Source: Nitrososphaeria archaeon (GTDB lineage: Archaea > Thermoproteota > Nitrososphaeria > Geothermarchaeales > JDFR-13). Taken from it: a stretch of DNA of 64,000 nt. Position 1 is the first letter of the stretch. Each line of letters begins with the position of its first letter. Made by a program: the position numbers and the translations under genes. The notes under the pieces were generated by a model, which made no database searches, was not told the origin of the DNA, and saw nothing but the letters and a program-made list of their open reading frames with translations. Of this stretch, positions 10,050 to 19,161 are shown in pieces. Location: positions 832,001-896,000 of the forward strand of contig JALWXN010000004.1 in the NCBI GenBank assembly GCA_027078545.1, given 5' to 3'.

Positions 10050-10063
10050 CTGTGATGTTCAAA
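10050..10063 (+). promoter_or_regulatory. Putative regulator-binding motif CTGTGATGTTCAAA
   Basis: Twin of 9566-9579; ends 47 nt before ATG 10111. Confidence 0.55.
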
Positions 10064-10110
10064 CCTTTAGACCCAAATCCCCTTGCTGCATAGATTGCTA
10101 ATGGGGGAAC

Positions 10111-11883
10111 ATGTTAGGGAGGATACTGGGTGTCGCCCTCATAACGGCCCTACTCCTGGGTATGGGCCTCACCCTACTAGAGACCATGTATAGCTCTGCA
10201 CCTGATAGCGGCGTTGTGGGGGATGGGAGGTGGTACTTAGTCTCCTACCTAGCCCCCGCATCGAGTGTCGATGAGGTCTTAGAGAGGATATCCATCTCTA
10301 CTATTCTGATCCCAACCAGGACGACTCGGGGTATACTCGAGTCGGCTACACCGACGGCCTTGGCGGACTATAGCAGGACGAATGTCCAGGTATTAGGTGT
10401 GGACGAGCCCGACGTCGTCAAGACGGATGGACGTTTCCTATATATGGCTGGGTGGAGTGGATTCGGGGGCTCCTACATATTCATCTATAGCCTAGGCGAG
10501 GAGCCGGGACACGTCTCCACCATAAAGCTTGTCAACGAGAGTGTCTCCGAGATCATACTGGCGGGGGAGAAGCTCATAGCCATTTCACACCTATGGATAC
10601 CCCTGGACAAGCTGGAGATGGAGATGCGTATACTGTTCTACGGATACACCTCGGTCAGGATATTCGACGTCTCCAACCCATGGGAGCCTAGGGAGCTTAT
10701 CAACATGACCTTCTATGGCGACTATATAGATGCGAGGCTATACATGGATAGGCTCTACATATTCACCTACATCTTCAACCCGGTGAAGACTGTTGCCGAG
10801 GACATCCTTGAGAGGGGAAGGGTATACCTAAACACCTGGGGAGAGATGGTCCACCCAGGGCTCTGGGGCGTACATGTATACAGCCTAGACGAGATGGAGC
10901 TAGTGGAGAAACATGTAGAGGCGGGGCCGGGAACGGTATACATGACGTACGACTCGATCTACCTAGTGACCACAATCTACCAGAGATCAGTGATAACCCC
11001 ACTGGTACGGGGAGACGCTGAGATAAGGTTCAGGCCGGACATGCCTAGGACCGAGATAGTCAAGATAAGGATTATGGATAGTGGAGTAGAACCAGTCGGC
11101 TCGGTAATCCTGGAGGGGAGGGTAGGGGATAGGCTCAGGGTGGACGAGTACCGCGGCTACCTCAGAGTGGCTGTCCACCTACCAGTGGGGATCGGCTGGT
11201 CAGAGTGGGAGACTGCGATCTATGTCCTAGACTCTGATAGCCTAAGGCCAGTAGGATATATCGGCGGCCTAGGCAGGGGCGAGATGCTCTACGGAGTCCG
11301 GTTCCTAGGCAGATATGCATACCTAGTCACATTCAGGGTTATAGATCCCTTCTACGTAGTAGACCTAGGAATACCGACCAACCCGGCGGTACTAGGAGTC
11401 CTGAAGATACCTGGCTTCAGCACCCTCCTCCAGCCACTATGGAACGGACTCGTACTGGGCATTGGATACAACGCTACTGAGGAGGGCAGGGTTACGGGGC
11501 TAAAGGCGAGTATCTACGACGTCACAAACCCACTCATCCCTAGAGAGTTGGTTGCCATCCCGCTCGACGCTGACTGGACAGAGGCCCTCTTCAACATCAA
11601 CGCGTTAACCCTAGACCCCAGGAGAGGAATAGCCATAGTACCTATGAAGGAGTACCTAGGAAGGAGCTACGAGGTAGCGGCACTAGTAATCGACACTGGA
11701 TCACCACGGATAGAGACGATATCCTACCGCGTAGAGTGTGGACATGCCTGCATATACAGCCTGCACTGGGTAAGGAGTGTATATGCAGGTCAATACCTCT
11801 ACCTGATAGGCATGGATAGAATCGGCGTTTTCACATATCCGGGATTAGACGAAGTGGGGATATTCGAGATATCAGGTAAATAA
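10111..11883 (+). CDS. Secreted beta-propeller domain protein (Beta_propel family)
   Basis: YSRTNVQVLGVDEPDVVKTDG, GEMLYGVRF...AYLVTFRVIDPFYVVDL and LKIPGFS motifs; N-terminal signal/TM. Confidence 0.92.
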   Translation: MLGRILGVALITALLLGMGLTLLETMYSSAPDSGVVGDGRWYLVSYLAPASSVDEVLERISISTILIPTRTTRGILESATPTALADYSRTNVQVLGVDEPDVVKTDGRFLYMAGWSGFGGSYIFIYSLGEEPGHVSTIKLVNESVSEIILAGEKLIAISHLWIPLDKLEMEMRILFYGYTSVRIFDVSNPWEPRELINMTFYGDYIDARLYMDRLYIFTYIFNPVKTVAEDILERGRVYLNTWGEMVHPGLWGVHVYSLDEMELVEKHVEAGPGTVYMTYDSIYLVTTIYQRSVITPLVRGDAEIRFRPDMPRTEIVKIRIMDSGVEPVGSVILEGRVGDRLRVDEYRGYLRVAVHLPVGIGWSEWETAIYVLDSDSLRPVGYIGGLGRGEMLYGVRFLGRYAYLVTFRVIDPFYVVDLGIPTNPAVLGVLKIPGFSTLLQPLWNGLVLGIGYNATEEGRVTGLKASIYDVTNPLIPRELVAIPLDADWTEALFNINALTLDPRRGIAIVPMKEYLGRSYEVAALVIDTGSPRIETISYRVECGHACIYSLHWVRSVYAGQYLYLIGMDRIGVFTYPGLDEVGIFEISGK

Positions 11884-11911
11884 AAGGAGATTCCTTATCC
11901 AGGAGAAATCA

Positions 11912-11936
11912 TTTTTCCCGTTTTTCCAAATTTTTT
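11912..11936 (+). terminator. Oligo-T terminator (three T-tracts)
   Basis: TTTTTcccgTTTTTccaaaTTTTTT downstream of the stop at 11883. Confidence 0.55.
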
Positions 11937-11999
11937 AGGTTATCGCCTAAACCCTTAAATAGGATGCCCACGATGAGGATATATGCGGAGGTGGGGGCC

Positions 12000-12413
12000 A
12001 TGTCCAAGGAGGTGGAGAGGACTAAGGCCGATAAGGCTGAGGAGGAGCTCAGGACACTCTTCGGACAGGCCGAGAGCCTCCGACAGCAGATCAACACCCT
12101 CGACACCACGATCCTCGACATAGCAACGGTCATAGAGACCCTAGACTTCATAAAGGACAACGGCAAGGACAAGACCGTCCTAGTCCCAATCGGGGCGGGT
12201 AACTTCATAAGGGCTAGGATAGTGGATACCCAGAACGTTATAATGGGTGTCGGGGGGAGGCTAAGCATAGAGGCGAACATCGAGGAGGCCAGGAAGGTCC
12301 TCACAGAGAGGATGAAGGTTCTCGAGGATCTAAGGCTCGACCTTAGGAGGAGGCTCGAGGAGATCAACGCCAGGATAAGCAAGCTGGTGAGCGAGATCCA
12401 GCAGAAGGCCTAG
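12000..12413 (+). CDS. pfdA: Prefoldin alpha subunit
   Basis: Coiled coil, VLVPIGAGNFIRA...VIMGVGGRLSIE double hairpin, coiled coil. GGAGGTG SD before ATG 12000. Confidence 0.95.
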   Translation: MSKEVERTKADKAEEELRTLFGQAESLRQQINTLDTTILDIATVIETLDFIKDNGKDKTVLVPIGAGNFIRARIVDTQNVIMGVGGRLSIEANIEEARKVLTERMKVLEDLRLDLRRRLEEINARISKLVSEIQQKA

Positions 12414-12458
12414 TTGTCTCCACCCACCCCACCTTTTTCCCCAGCCCTGGTGCCCCCT

Positions 12459-12668
12459 ATGGAGAGGAGCCTGGAGGATGAGGTTAGGGAGCTGAGGACT
12501 GCTATAAGGCTTATAGAGAGTGGGGAGGCTAGGGAGATATTCCTCGTATTCGGTGGGAAGGTATATATAGAGGCTGGGAGGGAGGAGGCCCTCCAATACC
12601 TTAGGAGGCGGTTGGAGGCGCTTGAGGCCTGGCTCAGGAGAGGAGCCTCCTCTTCAGGCCGAGCTTGA
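12459..12668 (+). CDS. Miniature prefoldin beta-like protein (69 aa)
   Basis: Helix, EIFLVFGGKVYIE hairpin, then REEALQYLRRRLEALE helix; directly follows pfdA. Confidence 0.55.
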   Translation: MERSLEDEVRELRTAIRLIESGEAREIFLVFGGKVYIEAGREEALQYLRRRLEALEAWLRRGASSSGRA

Positions 12669-13923
12669 AGCTTATCTTCATAGTCAGTATCCTCTCGCTC
12701 TCAAACATTTTCGCCAGCACCACCATCACTATCACTAGCCAGACGATGTTGACTATTATCCCCACGACGTACATCTCATACCTACCTATGACCAGGTATT
12801 CGAAGGACTTCATCAGGTATACATAGGGGATGCTGAAGTAGACCATCCTGGCATAGTCTGGGAGTAGTGAGAGGTCTATGAGGGCTCCCAATAGGATGAT
12901 CATCATGATCGGCATCGAGACGGTTGCCGCTACACCCTCAGCGGTCTTGGTATCCTGTGTGAAGAGTGATACTAGCAGTCCTATACCACCAGTTATCAAT
13001 ACTGTTAGGAAGAAGAGGAGGGTTAGGAGTAGGAGGACCTCTGGCCTAAGGCTTATCGACAGACTCTCCTCGATGATGTCTAGGCCCTCACCACCCGTAA
13101 CGGTGAACCTCGTGCCGAAGCCCAGCATAGCCACGTAGATGAGGAATCCCGCGGCATATGCAGCTGTGGCGGCGAAGGCCACTATCATACTACCCATAAT
13201 CTTCTCTAGAGCCAAGATCTTCCTATCGATGGGTAGGGTTAGGAGGGTCTCCAGCGTCTTATACTCCTTCTCCTCGCTGAGCATCGCGGCTGATACCTGT
13301 AGTATGCTGACTACGAGGCCGAAGACGACCCATGGCATTATGAATATCTGTATGAACAGGCTCGCCAGCTGCTGGGAGGGGAGCTCCATCCCCCAGTCCT
13401 CAACCCTGACATACACATCTGTGGAGAAGATGTCGTTGAGGAAGTCCGCATCTAGTCCGGCCTCTATCATCGCCTCCCTCCTCAGGTATGCCTCGAAGCC
13501 CGCCACCAGCCTGTTACCAATGTCTAGGACGCCCATAGAGCTGAAGGATACGCTCCCAATCCTCACCTTGATCTCTATACTACCCCTCTCCCCCGAGAGG
13601 TATGACTCGGTCAGGTTCTCAGGCAAGATGAACAGAACTACATAGTCAAGCCCATCTATCTGGCTGGGATCCACCAGCTCAACCGTTATGTTCCTATCCT
13701 GTAGATACTGTATAAACTTCTGGGAGACCTCGTCCTGGTCAAGATCCACCACGTATACTGTTAGGGTGGCTATCCTCTCCTGGGCAGTCTGGAAGCCCAG
13801 GTTGTATAGATAGCCTATGGCCGGGAAGATTATGAGTGGGAAGAGTACTGTGAATACTATATACCTCGGGTTCCTAAATGTCTCCTTAATCTCTTTCTTA
13901 ACAAGCTCCCATAGAAGGTTCAT
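12634..13923 (-). CDS. ABC-2 exporter permease (NatB-like)
   Basis: KKEIKETFRN, VVDLD extracellular domain and EEKEYKTLETLLTLP. Confidence 0.92.
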   Translation of the reverse strand: MNLLWELVKKEIKETFRNPRYIVFTVLFPLIIFPAIGYLYNLGFQTAQERIATLTVYVVDLDQDEVSQKFIQYLQDRNITVELVDPSQIDGLDYVVLFILPENLTESYLSGERGSIEIKVRIGSVSFSSMGVLDIGNRLVAGFEAYLRREAMIEAGLDADFLNDIFSTDVYVRVEDWGMELPSQQLASLFIQIFIMPWVVFGLVVSILQVSAAMLSEEKEYKTLETLLTLPIDRKILALEKIMGSMIVAFAATAAYAAGFLIYVAMLGFGTRFTVTGGEGLDIIEESLSISLRPEVLLLLTLLFFLTVLITGGIGLLVSLFTQDTKTAEGVAATVSMPIMMIILLGALIDLSLLPDYARMVYFSIPYVYLMKSFEYLVIGRYEMYVVGIIVNIVWLVIVMVVLAKMFESERILTMKISFKLGLKRRLLS

Positions 13924-14639
13924 ACACCCCTCACCAGGTTCGTGAAGACCTCCTCAAGGTTCTCCCCACCATAGCGCTCCTTCAACTCCTGTGGGGAGCC
14001 CTCGGCTATCAGCCTACCGTTGGATATGATTCCTATCTCGTCGCAGAGATACTCCACCTCGAGCATGTTGTGGCTGGATAGGAGTATCGTGACACCCTCC
14101 CCATTGATCCTCTTAATCATACGCCTAATCTCAGTCGCATAGACTACGTCCATCCCCGATGTAGGCTCGTCTAGGATGGCCAGCTTCGGTAGGGTCATCA
14201 AGGCCCTGGCTAGGAGGAGGCGTCTAAGCATACCCTTGCTATACTCCCCAATCTTACTATATATCCTACCGCCTAGGCCGGCAAGCTCGACACCCCTCTC
14301 AACATACTCCCTATACCCGTCGCCTGCGTAGATCTTGGCCATAAGCTCGAGGTATTCATAGCCCGTGAGGTGTTTATAGGCACCCGCCTCCTCGGGGAGA
14401 TAGCTTATTATACGTCTAACCTTATCCGCCTCCCCAACCACGTCATACCCAAATACGGAGACCCTCCCAGACGTCGGCTTCAGGAGGGTAGCTATTATCC
14501 TCAGGGTGGTTGATTTACCAGCCCCGTTGGGGCCTATGAGGCCATAGATCATACCCTCCTCCACACGGAAGGATATACCGTTTACCGCCACGAAGTTCCC
14601 ATACTTCTTCACGAGGTTCTCGACCTTAACCGCTTCCAT
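13920..14639 (-). CDS. ABC exporter ATP-binding subunit
   Basis: GPNGAGKST, YSKGM, LDEPTSG and SSH. Confidence 0.96.
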   Translation of the reverse strand: MEAVKVENLVKKYGNFVAVNGISFRVEEGMIYGLIGPNGAGKSTTLRIIATLLKPTSGRVSVFGYDVVGEADKVRRIISYLPEEAGAYKHLTGYEYLELMAKIYAGDGYREYVERGVELAGLGGRIYSKIGEYSKGMLRRLLLARALMTLPKLAILDEPTSGMDVVYATEIRRMIKRINGEGVTILLSSHNMLEVEYLCDEIGIISNGRLIAEGSPQELKERYGGENLEEVFTNLVRGV

Positions 14640-14673
14640 ATCCCTTTCACCAGCCTAGTAATGATTGACTGGT

Positions 14674-15522
14674 TTACGACGATATATACCTTAGGATATT
14701 GTCTAGACTCGCCTCACCCCTTAGGAACCTGTCGAGCCTGGAGAGGCCTTCAAGACCTATCATCACCAGCTCCCTCTCCATATCACCCAGCCTCTCATCG
14801 ATCCCCCTAAGGATGAGGAGGGCCGCCCCCACGAATACCCTGGCTCCAAACCTCTTCCTGAAGTAGTCCCTCAGGATAGGTAGGCTACTAGCCTCCATCT
14901 CAGTGGCCAGCACACCCATATCCCTCATTGCGCCATACCTCCTCCTAGACTCCTCCCCCTGTGGAGAGTTGTGGAAACCCTCCTGGAAGTATAGATCGTC
15001 CTTCGTCTCAACCTTCCCGAGGAATAGGTTCCTCCCCAATACCCAGCCGCGGGAGACGGCTGAGTCTAGGAGGGATAGATAGACAGCCGGATCCATATCC
15101 GCCGGGTAGCCTGGGAATATGATGTGGCTAGTCCCCGCCTCGTTCCTCACCACGGATGATGCTACGACTATGGAGTATCTAGGGATGTCCTGGAGCGCCC
15201 CAGCCGTCCCAAGCCTAACCATATATGCCTGCCCCACCCCATCAGAGATCTTCTTCAATGCCTCCGTGACGCCTATAAGTGCTGAGCCGATCCCCATACC
15301 AGTGGTGAAGCCGAATATCTTTATATCGCCGTAGTACCCCGATACCCAGTTGAGACGCTCACCACCACGCCTAACATCCTCGAGCAGTTCACCTAGGATC
15401 TCGAGCCTCCTCCTAGACCCCATCGTCAGGATATAGGTGGATAGCTCGTCGCCACGTATACCTAGGTGGTACGTCCTCCCATCACCATACTCGAATATAA
15501 GTCCCTCGAATATCCTATCCAA
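14674..15522 (-). CDS. Nucleoside phosphorylase (uridine phosphorylase-like)
   Basis: YHLGI, TGMGIGS, VRLGTAGAL and ATEME motifs of PNP_UDP_1. Confidence 0.85.
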   Translation of the reverse strand: MDRIFEGLIFEYGDGRTYHLGIRGDELSTYILTMGSRRRLEILGELLEDVRRGGERLNWVSGYYGDIKIFGFTTGMGIGSALIGVTEALKKISDGVGQAYMVRLGTAGALQDIPRYSIVVASSVVRNEAGTSHIIFPGYPADMDPAVYLSLLDSAVSRGWVLGRNLFLGKVETKDDLYFQEGFHNSPQGEESRRRYGAMRDMGVLATEMEASSLPILRDYFRKRFGARVFVGAALLILRGIDERLGDMERELVMIGLEGLSRLDRFLRGEASLDNILRYISS

Positions 15523-15570
15523 GGCGGGTCACCACGGCATACTATATTATCCATACCACCCCCGTATAAC

Positions 15571-16920
15571 TCATCTCCTCTTGACGTTGATCCTTGCGAA
15601 GCCGCTCATAACCTCTCCGCTGAATACGTTGTCATTCCCATCCCTATACTTCGGCGGGACATTCCTACCATCTAGGGAGACGCTTACATATCCACTCCTA
15701 ACATCTATGTCGAATTCTACACCCTTCTTGTAGACCGCTGCGTCGAGGCTTAGGAAACCGTTCCTAAGGTTTATGCCCACGGTGTTTCCTGAATCCATGA
15801 GCCTCGAGTCTATCCTGACATAGCTATTCTCACTCTCTACTTCTAGCTTTCCGCCGTGGATAACCGGGAAGATCTCCACTGCGGAGGAGGCTATCTCCAG
15901 CTCCATCCTACGGGCCTCTATCTTCCCCTGGCTACTGAGTACACCCCTATTGATATCGATCCTGAACGATTCATAGACCCTCTCGGGCAGGGATATTATG
16001 ACGTAGGCGTTAGATGCATATACCGAGAACTCGCCCTTCTCCACCACGTATGATACGTCCGGCCTGACGTCGCTCACCCTCCACCCCACTATCCGGGGGT
16101 CACCCTTCTCTATCAGGACTCCCCCATCATGTACATGTATAGATACCTTGTTGAAACGGCCGTCATAGGTGAGCTCGAGATACTTCTCCCTACGCGCGAT
16201 CCTTCCACTCGTCTCGGGGAGTGTTGCGATGGCTGAAGACTTGGATACTACTCCCCCTAGCAGGTCGGATATGCCTGAAACTATCCCACCGATGATCTTG
16301 TCTAGGAAGTTGTCCTCGACCTTGACTATAACCGCCTCCCCCCTAAGCTCGTCCTCCCTACCAGGGTCGTACCGGACTATCCGGAAGACGTCCTCACACT
16401 TCTCCACAACGTCTTCATATAGGTAGTTGGGCGTGTATACCGTGAGGACGTCCTGTATACTCTCCACCGTCGCGTTGAATAGCTCCCTATCCATAGGGTA
16501 GATAACTAGTTTGAGGATGTCGCTGAAGACCGCCTTACGCCCCTGCTCCCTGAGCCTTCTAGCCATCCTAGGAGTATACTCCATACTCATCTTGTCGCTG
16601 AAGATCTTCAGCCTCTCCTCACCAGGCTCCGGCTCCTCCTCAGCCCTGGCCCTACCCCCATTCTCCAGCCTATCGAGTATCTCGAGGGCCTTCCTACCCA
16701 GGTCGCTCAGGCTATACTCTCCAAACTCGTTCTTCCGGAGGAGGCGGCTCATCTTCTTGAGGTGGAAGCCTAGTGTGCCAGAGTCCTCAATCCCCAGCCT
16801 CTTCATGATCTTGGTATATGTCAGGCCCGGCTCCTGGGCCAGGAGCCTAAGGATACGCCTCCGCGTATCATTGCTTATCGCCTGGAGTATATAGTCGAGG
16901 TCATCAGCCATCCACCACAC
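15571..16920 (-). CDS. ArsR-type HTH regulator fused to a C-terminal beta-rich (DUF4097-like) domain
   Basis: AISNDTRRRILRLL...SGTLGFHLKKM wHTH; C-terminal repeats of the 'IDINRG/VESENS/INLRNG/IDVRSG' type. Confidence 0.8.
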   Translation of the reverse strand: MWWMADDLDYILQAISNDTRRRILRLLAQEPGLTYTKIMKRLGIEDSGTLGFHLKKMSRLLRKNEFGEYSLSDLGRKALEILDRLENGGRARAEEEPEPGEERLKIFSDKMSMEYTPRMARRLREQGRKAVFSDILKLVIYPMDRELFNATVESIQDVLTVYTPNYLYEDVVEKCEDVFRIVRYDPGREDELRGEAVIVKVEDNFLDKIIGGIVSGISDLLGGVVSKSSAIATLPETSGRIARREKYLELTYDGRFNKVSIHVHDGGVLIEKGDPRIVGWRVSDVRPDVSYVVEKGEFSVYASNAYVIISLPERVYESFRIDINRGVLSSQGKIEARRMELEIASSAVEIFPVIHGGKLEVESENSYVRIDSRLMDSGNTVGINLRNGFLSLDAAVYKKGVEFDIDVRSGYVSVSLDGRNVPPKYRDGNDNVFSGEVMSGFARINVKRR

Positions 16921-16960
16921 CCAATGAGATATATAGCCTAATCGACATGGATAAGGAGTC

Positions 16961-17023
16961 TATCGAGAAGGCTCTACATACCCGGTAAAAAGTATGGGTA
17001 TGGGTTGTCGAGAAGCCTCGACA
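16961..17023. promoter_or_regulatory. Two copies of the palindrome TGTCGAG-N4-CTCGACA (perfect 17006-17023, degenerate 16961-16978)
   Basis: Directly visible; a third copy lies at 30827-30844. Confidence 0.55.
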
Positions 17024-17028
17024 GGCCA

Positions 17029-17274
17029 CTACTCCTTCTTAACACTGACCTCCTGGCCAGTCTCGGTGGGCCCAGCCTCACACGTATTGATACCAAGCAT
17101 CTTATAGAGGGCGCAGAAACCCACTGCACCAGTACCGATCATCACTAGGCCGATCAGTGCTAGGACGATCCCTATAGGCTCTGCTAGGAGGCCTGTGAAG
17201 TAGGTCCCAGCCAAGACCACCAGGCCGAAGACTATCCTGGCGGCCCTGTCAGTCTTCCCCACGTTACATTCCAT
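17029..17274 (-). CDS. DUF2892 (YgaP-like) membrane protein
   Basis: NVGKTDRAARI...TGAVGFCALYKMLGINTC signature. Confidence 0.92.
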   Translation of the reverse strand: MECNVGKTDRAARIVFGLVVLAGTYFTGLLAEPIGIVLALIGLVMIGTGAVGFCALYKMLGINTCEAGPTETGQEVSVKKE

Positions 17275-17386
17275 GTGGGGTCACCCTATAACTATACTGG
17301 GTAGATACTTAAAATACATATACCCCCCGTAGATGGTCTTCGAGGGATTTATCTATAGCTGTGGCTATGAATTGAGGGGTGGTAGG

Positions 17387-18103
17387 GTGGAGCCCCTCAC
17401 CAACGCATTGATATTCGGCGCTATCGTCTCAGGCGTATCCCTAGTCGCCATATTATTGGTGAGGGCGCTCCGCCTAGACAGGATAGGTATAAAGTATCAG
17501 CTCGCACTAGCATCGGGAGTATTCATAGGCATAGCCTTCCTAGGAGCGTTACCCAGGATTGTAGAGACGGGGGACGAGGCATATGCACTCCCCGTATTCC
17601 TAGGCTTCATAGCCTTCTCACTCCTGGAGCTCTCGCTCGGCTACCATGAGCACCACCATATCGGGAGGAGCCACCTAGGCGTCATGAACCTAGCCAGCGA
17701 CCTGCTCCACAACTTCATCGACGGGATATTCATATATACAGCCTTCGCCATAGACTACGGCCTAGGCGTAACCATCTCACTCGCCACGGTGCTACACGAG
17801 GTGCCACAGGAGGTCAGCGACTTCATAATCCTGATAAACAGCGGCTTCAGCTATGGCAAGGCCGTCATCCTAAACCTGTCCGTATCACTATCCACCATAC
17901 TGGGCATACTTATCTTCAGCATGGTTGAGGTGGACACCTTGATGGTCCTAGGCTTCATAATGGGGAACTATCTTTACCTAGCCGCTGTAGACCTGATACC
18001 CGAGGTTTCGAGGGAGACCTCGGGATTGGAGAGGCTTAAGGCATACCTCTTCTTCGCCCTAGGGATAGCTGTTATCTATCTTCTCCACACCTATACCCAC
18101 TAG
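17387..18103 (+). CDS. ZIP family metal transporter
   Basis: HNFIDG and LHEVPQEVSDF motifs; HEHHH loop. GTG start 17387 chosen; the ORF is open from 17333. Confidence 0.93.
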   Translation: MEPLTNALIFGAIVSGVSLVAILLVRALRLDRIGIKYQLALASGVFIGIAFLGALPRIVETGDEAYALPVFLGFIAFSLLELSLGYHEHHHIGRSHLGVMNLASDLLHNFIDGIFIYTAFAIDYGLGVTISLATVLHEVPQEVSDFIILINSGFSYGKAVILNLSVSLSTILGILIFSMVEVDTLMVLGFIMGNYLYLAAVDLIPEVSRETSGLERLKAYLFFALGIAVIYLLHTYTH

Positions 18104-18717
18104 CCCTTCCTACGCCACAGGAACGCGATAGTAACGCTTGAAATCACTAGAAGGAGGACGATTGTAGGTAGATATTCAAGGATGTAGAACGGCCTACCTT
18201 TACCAGAATATTCTAGGACATCCTCATATGTAGTGGGAATTCCTGATAGATAGTCGTCGAAAAAGGTTACTCTAGCTATATCTACAGACTTTAGGCTTGT
18301 CCCAATATAAACTTCCAGCTTACCATTAGGGTTGTTTATTAGTTTTTCCCAGAAGTTGTCCTCAAGAACAGCTCCAACAACAATGGCCTCAGGTCTACCA
18401 TTTACAACCAGTACTACCGTAGGAGTCCCCGCCTGAAAGTCGTAGTCAGAGGCGAGCCTCTTCAAAAGGTTATTATTAACCTCCTCCTCTATCCAAAACC
18501 AAGTGAAGTTCATGTTGTTCTCAATAATGTAGTTGGCTAGGTCGTGACAGTGGGGACAAGGCCTCCATCCATAGACATACAGCGTGTAGTTATTCTCCAC
18601 TTCTAGACCACTTACTATTATAGTCGTACCTACCATTACATTACCTGCGAAGAGGCCAGAGAAGAGAAGTACAAGCAATACGTAACGATACCATATCTCA
18701 ACTTTCATTTCACACAC
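18100..18717 (-). CDS. Exported thioredoxin/glutaredoxin-fold protein with C-terminal membrane anchor
   Basis: Signal peptide, CPHC, GTPT cis-Pro loop, C-terminal TM and WRRKG. Confidence 0.8.
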   Translation of the reverse strand: MCEMKVEIWYRYVLLVLLFSGLFAGNVMVGTTIIVSGLEVENNYTLYVYGWRPCPHCHDLANYIIENNMNFTWFWIEEEVNNNLLKRLASDYDFQAGTPTVVLVVNGRPEAIVVGAVLEDNFWEKLINNPNGKLEVYIGTSLKSVDIARVTFFDDYLSGIPTTYEDVLEYSGKGRPFYILEYLPTIVLLLVISSVTIAFLWRRKG

Positions 18718-18734
18718 CTATGGATTATGTTGGT

Positions 18735-18796
18735 GGGCTCAGGGTACCTCGATACGGCCATACTATTTTGGCCGGGCAGTTCGGTCATCATAGCCC
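18735..18796 (-). ncRNA. Box C/D guide sRNA (predicted 23S rRNA targets)
   Basis: GGGCT-ATGATGA(box C)...CTGA(box D)-GCCC with a terminal stem. D guide ATCGAGGTACC is complementary to the 23S PTC sequence GGUACCUCGAU. Confidence 0.85.
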
Positions 18797-18831
18797 TAAA
18801 ACCACCATATTCGACACGAACTATAAATCTT

Positions 18832-19161
18832 TTATCCATCTGAATAACCCCTCCTAGTCAGATATAGGGCGTAGAGGAGGAAGATTAGTAAGAGTATCAA
18901 GAGTGGTATGTGCTCAGTAGCTCTCTCAGCCACTTCACCCCTACTCGTCAAAATGGAGCGTGAAAGTCTTCCTATGTTAAAGGAGATAAGTATTATAAGT
19001 GGCCAGTGCGTCCCTCTGTTGAAGAGATATATTGACATTATGTAGAGGAACACTAATAAAATATTCTCATACTTGATGAAGAGTGGTATGGGTATGAAGG
19101 CCGTGACCAATATATATGAGGCAAGGACTAGTCCTGAGATTATGGCTAGTCCTTTGTCCAA
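18832..19161 (-). CDS. Small 4-TM membrane protein
   Basis: Hydrophobic; overlaps the FTR1 stop. Confidence 0.7.
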   Translation of the reverse strand: MDKGLAIISGLVLASYILVTAFIPIPLFIKYENILLVFLYIMSIYLFNRGTHWPLIILISFNIGRLSRSILTSRGEVAERATEHIPLLILLLIFLLYALYLTRRGYSDG

